This document shows, piece after piece, positions 62,880-64,000 of a stretch of DNA of 64,000 nucleotides. The notes beneath the pieces were generated by a model, which made no database searches, had not been told where the DNA came from, and was given only the letters and a program-made list of their open reading frames with translations. Within the stretch, counting starts at the first letter, position 1, and the number at the start of each line of letters is the position of its first letter. The stretch is from Thermoplasmatales archaeon (GTDB taxonomy: Archaea > Thermoplasmatota > Thermoplasmata > Thermoplasmatales > GCA-001856825), in NCBI GenBank assembly GCA_027345195.1, contig DAHWIJ010000033.1:81019-145018 (forward strand). The letters run 5' to 3'. A program made the translations under genes and the position numbers.

Positions 62880-64000
62880 CTAAATCAATTTCATCCTCTT
62901 ACCAACTTCTTCGAACTTGTCTCCAGCATACTTTAGATCCTCTCTGGAATGGACTGCTGAAGGCATCAGCCTGATTCTTGCGGTCCCCTTTGGAACAGTT
63001 GGATATACAATAGGAGAGGCAAATACACCTTCGTTGTAAAGCTCCTTGCTGAGTTCTACTGTCTCTTTCTCCCCCCCTATTATCACAGGCGTGATTGGCG
63101 TTTTGCTCCTGCCTGTATTGTACCCCAAGTTTCTCAGCTTCTCCTTGAGGAAATCAGAATTGTTCCATAGTTTCTTAAGGAGGGAATCATCCTTCTCCAT
63201 TATCTCTATCCCTTTCATAACTGCAGCTATTTCACCAGGGTTCAATGCAGAACTGAACAGGAAAGGTCTCGCCTTTTGTTTGAGGTAGTCTATCAGTTCC
63301 CTGCTACCTGCAACAAAGCCTCCCATCACCCCTACCGCCTTTGAGAATGTTCCCATCTCAATGTCCACCTTCCCTACCAGGTTGAAATGGTCTACTATTC
63401 CCCTCCCATGATCACCGAGTACCCCCTCACCGTGCGCGTCATCCACATATATCATGGAATCATAACGTTCAGCAAGTTCGGCTTCTTCCCGCAAGGGTGC
63501 AATGTCACCATCCATGCTGAATACTCCGTCCGTGATGATAAGAGCCCTCTTCCCATTCTGTCTCTCGGCCTTAAGTTTCTCTTCAAGGTCAGATGCCGAT
63601 ATATGGGCAAAAACGATCCTCTTTGCAGAGCTGAGTCTCACTCCGTCGATTATGCTTGCGTGATTCAGCTCTTCACTGAATACGAGGTCATCTTTCCCCA
63701 CAAGCGCAGGGATTGTTCCAATGTTCGCCAGGAGGCCTCCCTGGTACACCAGGGATGATTCCATGTGCTTGAATTGTGCAATCTTCTCCTCAAGCTTTAG
63801 GTGGATCTCCATGGTACCTGCAATGCTTCTTACGGCTCCAGCCCCAACACCGTAAGTATCGATCGCCTCGTGCATTGCCTTCTTGACATCCGGATTGTTT
63901 GCCAGCCCGAGATAGTTATTGGAACACAAGTTGAGTAATTTCTTCCCCTCTATCTTCACCCATGCACCCTGTGAAGTCTGGAGTGCCCGTATGGGAACAT
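62880..64000 (-). CDS. 2-amino-3-ketobutyrate CoA ligase / 8-amino-7-oxononanoate synthase family (5' end beyond window)
   Basis: LCSNNYLGLANNP, DDAHGEG, GTFSKAVG (PLP Lys). The frame stays open upstream of the listed GTG through base 64000 (..VPIRALQTSQGAWV). Confidence 0.85.
   Translation of the reverse strand, partial: VPIRALQTSQGAWVKIEGKKLLNLCSNNYLGLANNPDVKKAMHEAIDTYGVGAGAVRSIAGTMEIHLKLEEKIAQFKHMESSLVYQGGLLANIGTIPALVGKDDLVFSEELNHASIIDGVRLSSAKRIVFAHISASDLEEKLKAERQNGKRALIITDGVFSMDGDIAPLREEAELAERYDSMIYVDDAHGEGVLGDHGRGIVDHFNLVGKVDIEMGTFSKAVGVMGGFVAGSRELIDYLKQKARPFLFSSALNPGEIAAVMKGIEIMEKDDSLLKKLWNNSDFLKEKLRNLGYNTGRSKTPITPVIIGGEKETVELSKELYNEGVFASPIVYPTVPKGTARIRLMPSAVHSREDLKYAGDKFEEVGKRMKLI

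Noticed and set aside
1-64000. Searched by eye for CRISPR arrays, tandem repeats, further tRNAs, and defence-type gene clusters (nuclease, helicase or ATPase neighbours, toxin-antitoxin pairs).
   Set aside because: None was found. Every intergenic region longer than 80 nt was read, and only the 5S rRNA and tRNA-Cys emerged. A by-eye scan can miss short or diverged repeats.

Overview
Gene-dense archaeal chromosome segment. I call about 68 protein genes, one orphan 5S rRNA, one tRNA-Cys, one decayed IS256-type element and one decayed tyrosine-recombinase gene. All calls rest on motif recognition by eye from the supplied translations and the raw sequence; no database or HMM search was possible.

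Archaeal hallmarks:
- an L7Ae-S28e-L24e-Ndk-aIF5B cluster
- a zinc-ribbon protein plus aEF-1beta pair
- RadB, FEN-1 and an archaeosine-type TGT
- TATA-like boxes about 25-40 nt upstream of start codons
- many 1-35 nt overlaps between consecutive genes

Lineage guess (inference only): a Thermoplasmata-like, probably acidophilic euryarchaeon. The basis is a 5S gene unlinked to 16S/23S, a SoxE/F/G-ordered cupredoxin-Rieske-cytochrome b module with a PPWF Qo motif, and a very high N-x-S/T sequon load on exported proteins.

Most of the window is housekeeping: translation, tRNA modification and processing, DNA repair, one-carbon/threonine metabolism and transporters. The accessory-looking part spans about 22-44 kb:
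- a tightly coupled operon of a saccharopine-dehydrogenase-like enzyme, three stand-alone SCP2-fold proteins and an APC permease, whose function I cannot name
- a roughly 10.6 kb glycan/amino-sugar salvage island (GH1, GH125-like, PIG-L deacetylase, SIS deaminase, BadF-type kinase, GPH transporter, PHP hydrolase, secernin-like Ntn hydrolase, and a CN-hydrolase-like protein with Ser at the nucleophile position)
- a frameshifted IS256-like transposase ending that island
- orphan membrane proteins
- a degraded integrase next to tRNA-Cys

Other points worth a second look:
- an alkyltransferase-like domain (Cys replaced by Val) fused to endonuclease V inside a tRNA-processing operon
- a sulfocyanin-position cupredoxin-like protein with an atypical C-x3-C-G...M loop
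- a QueF-family gene in an archaeon whose TGT lacks a PUA domain
- an unlisted 57-aa four-CxxC zinc-finger gene upstream of aEF-1beta

No CRISPR array, defence-system-like nuclease/ATPase cluster or intact prophage was seen.
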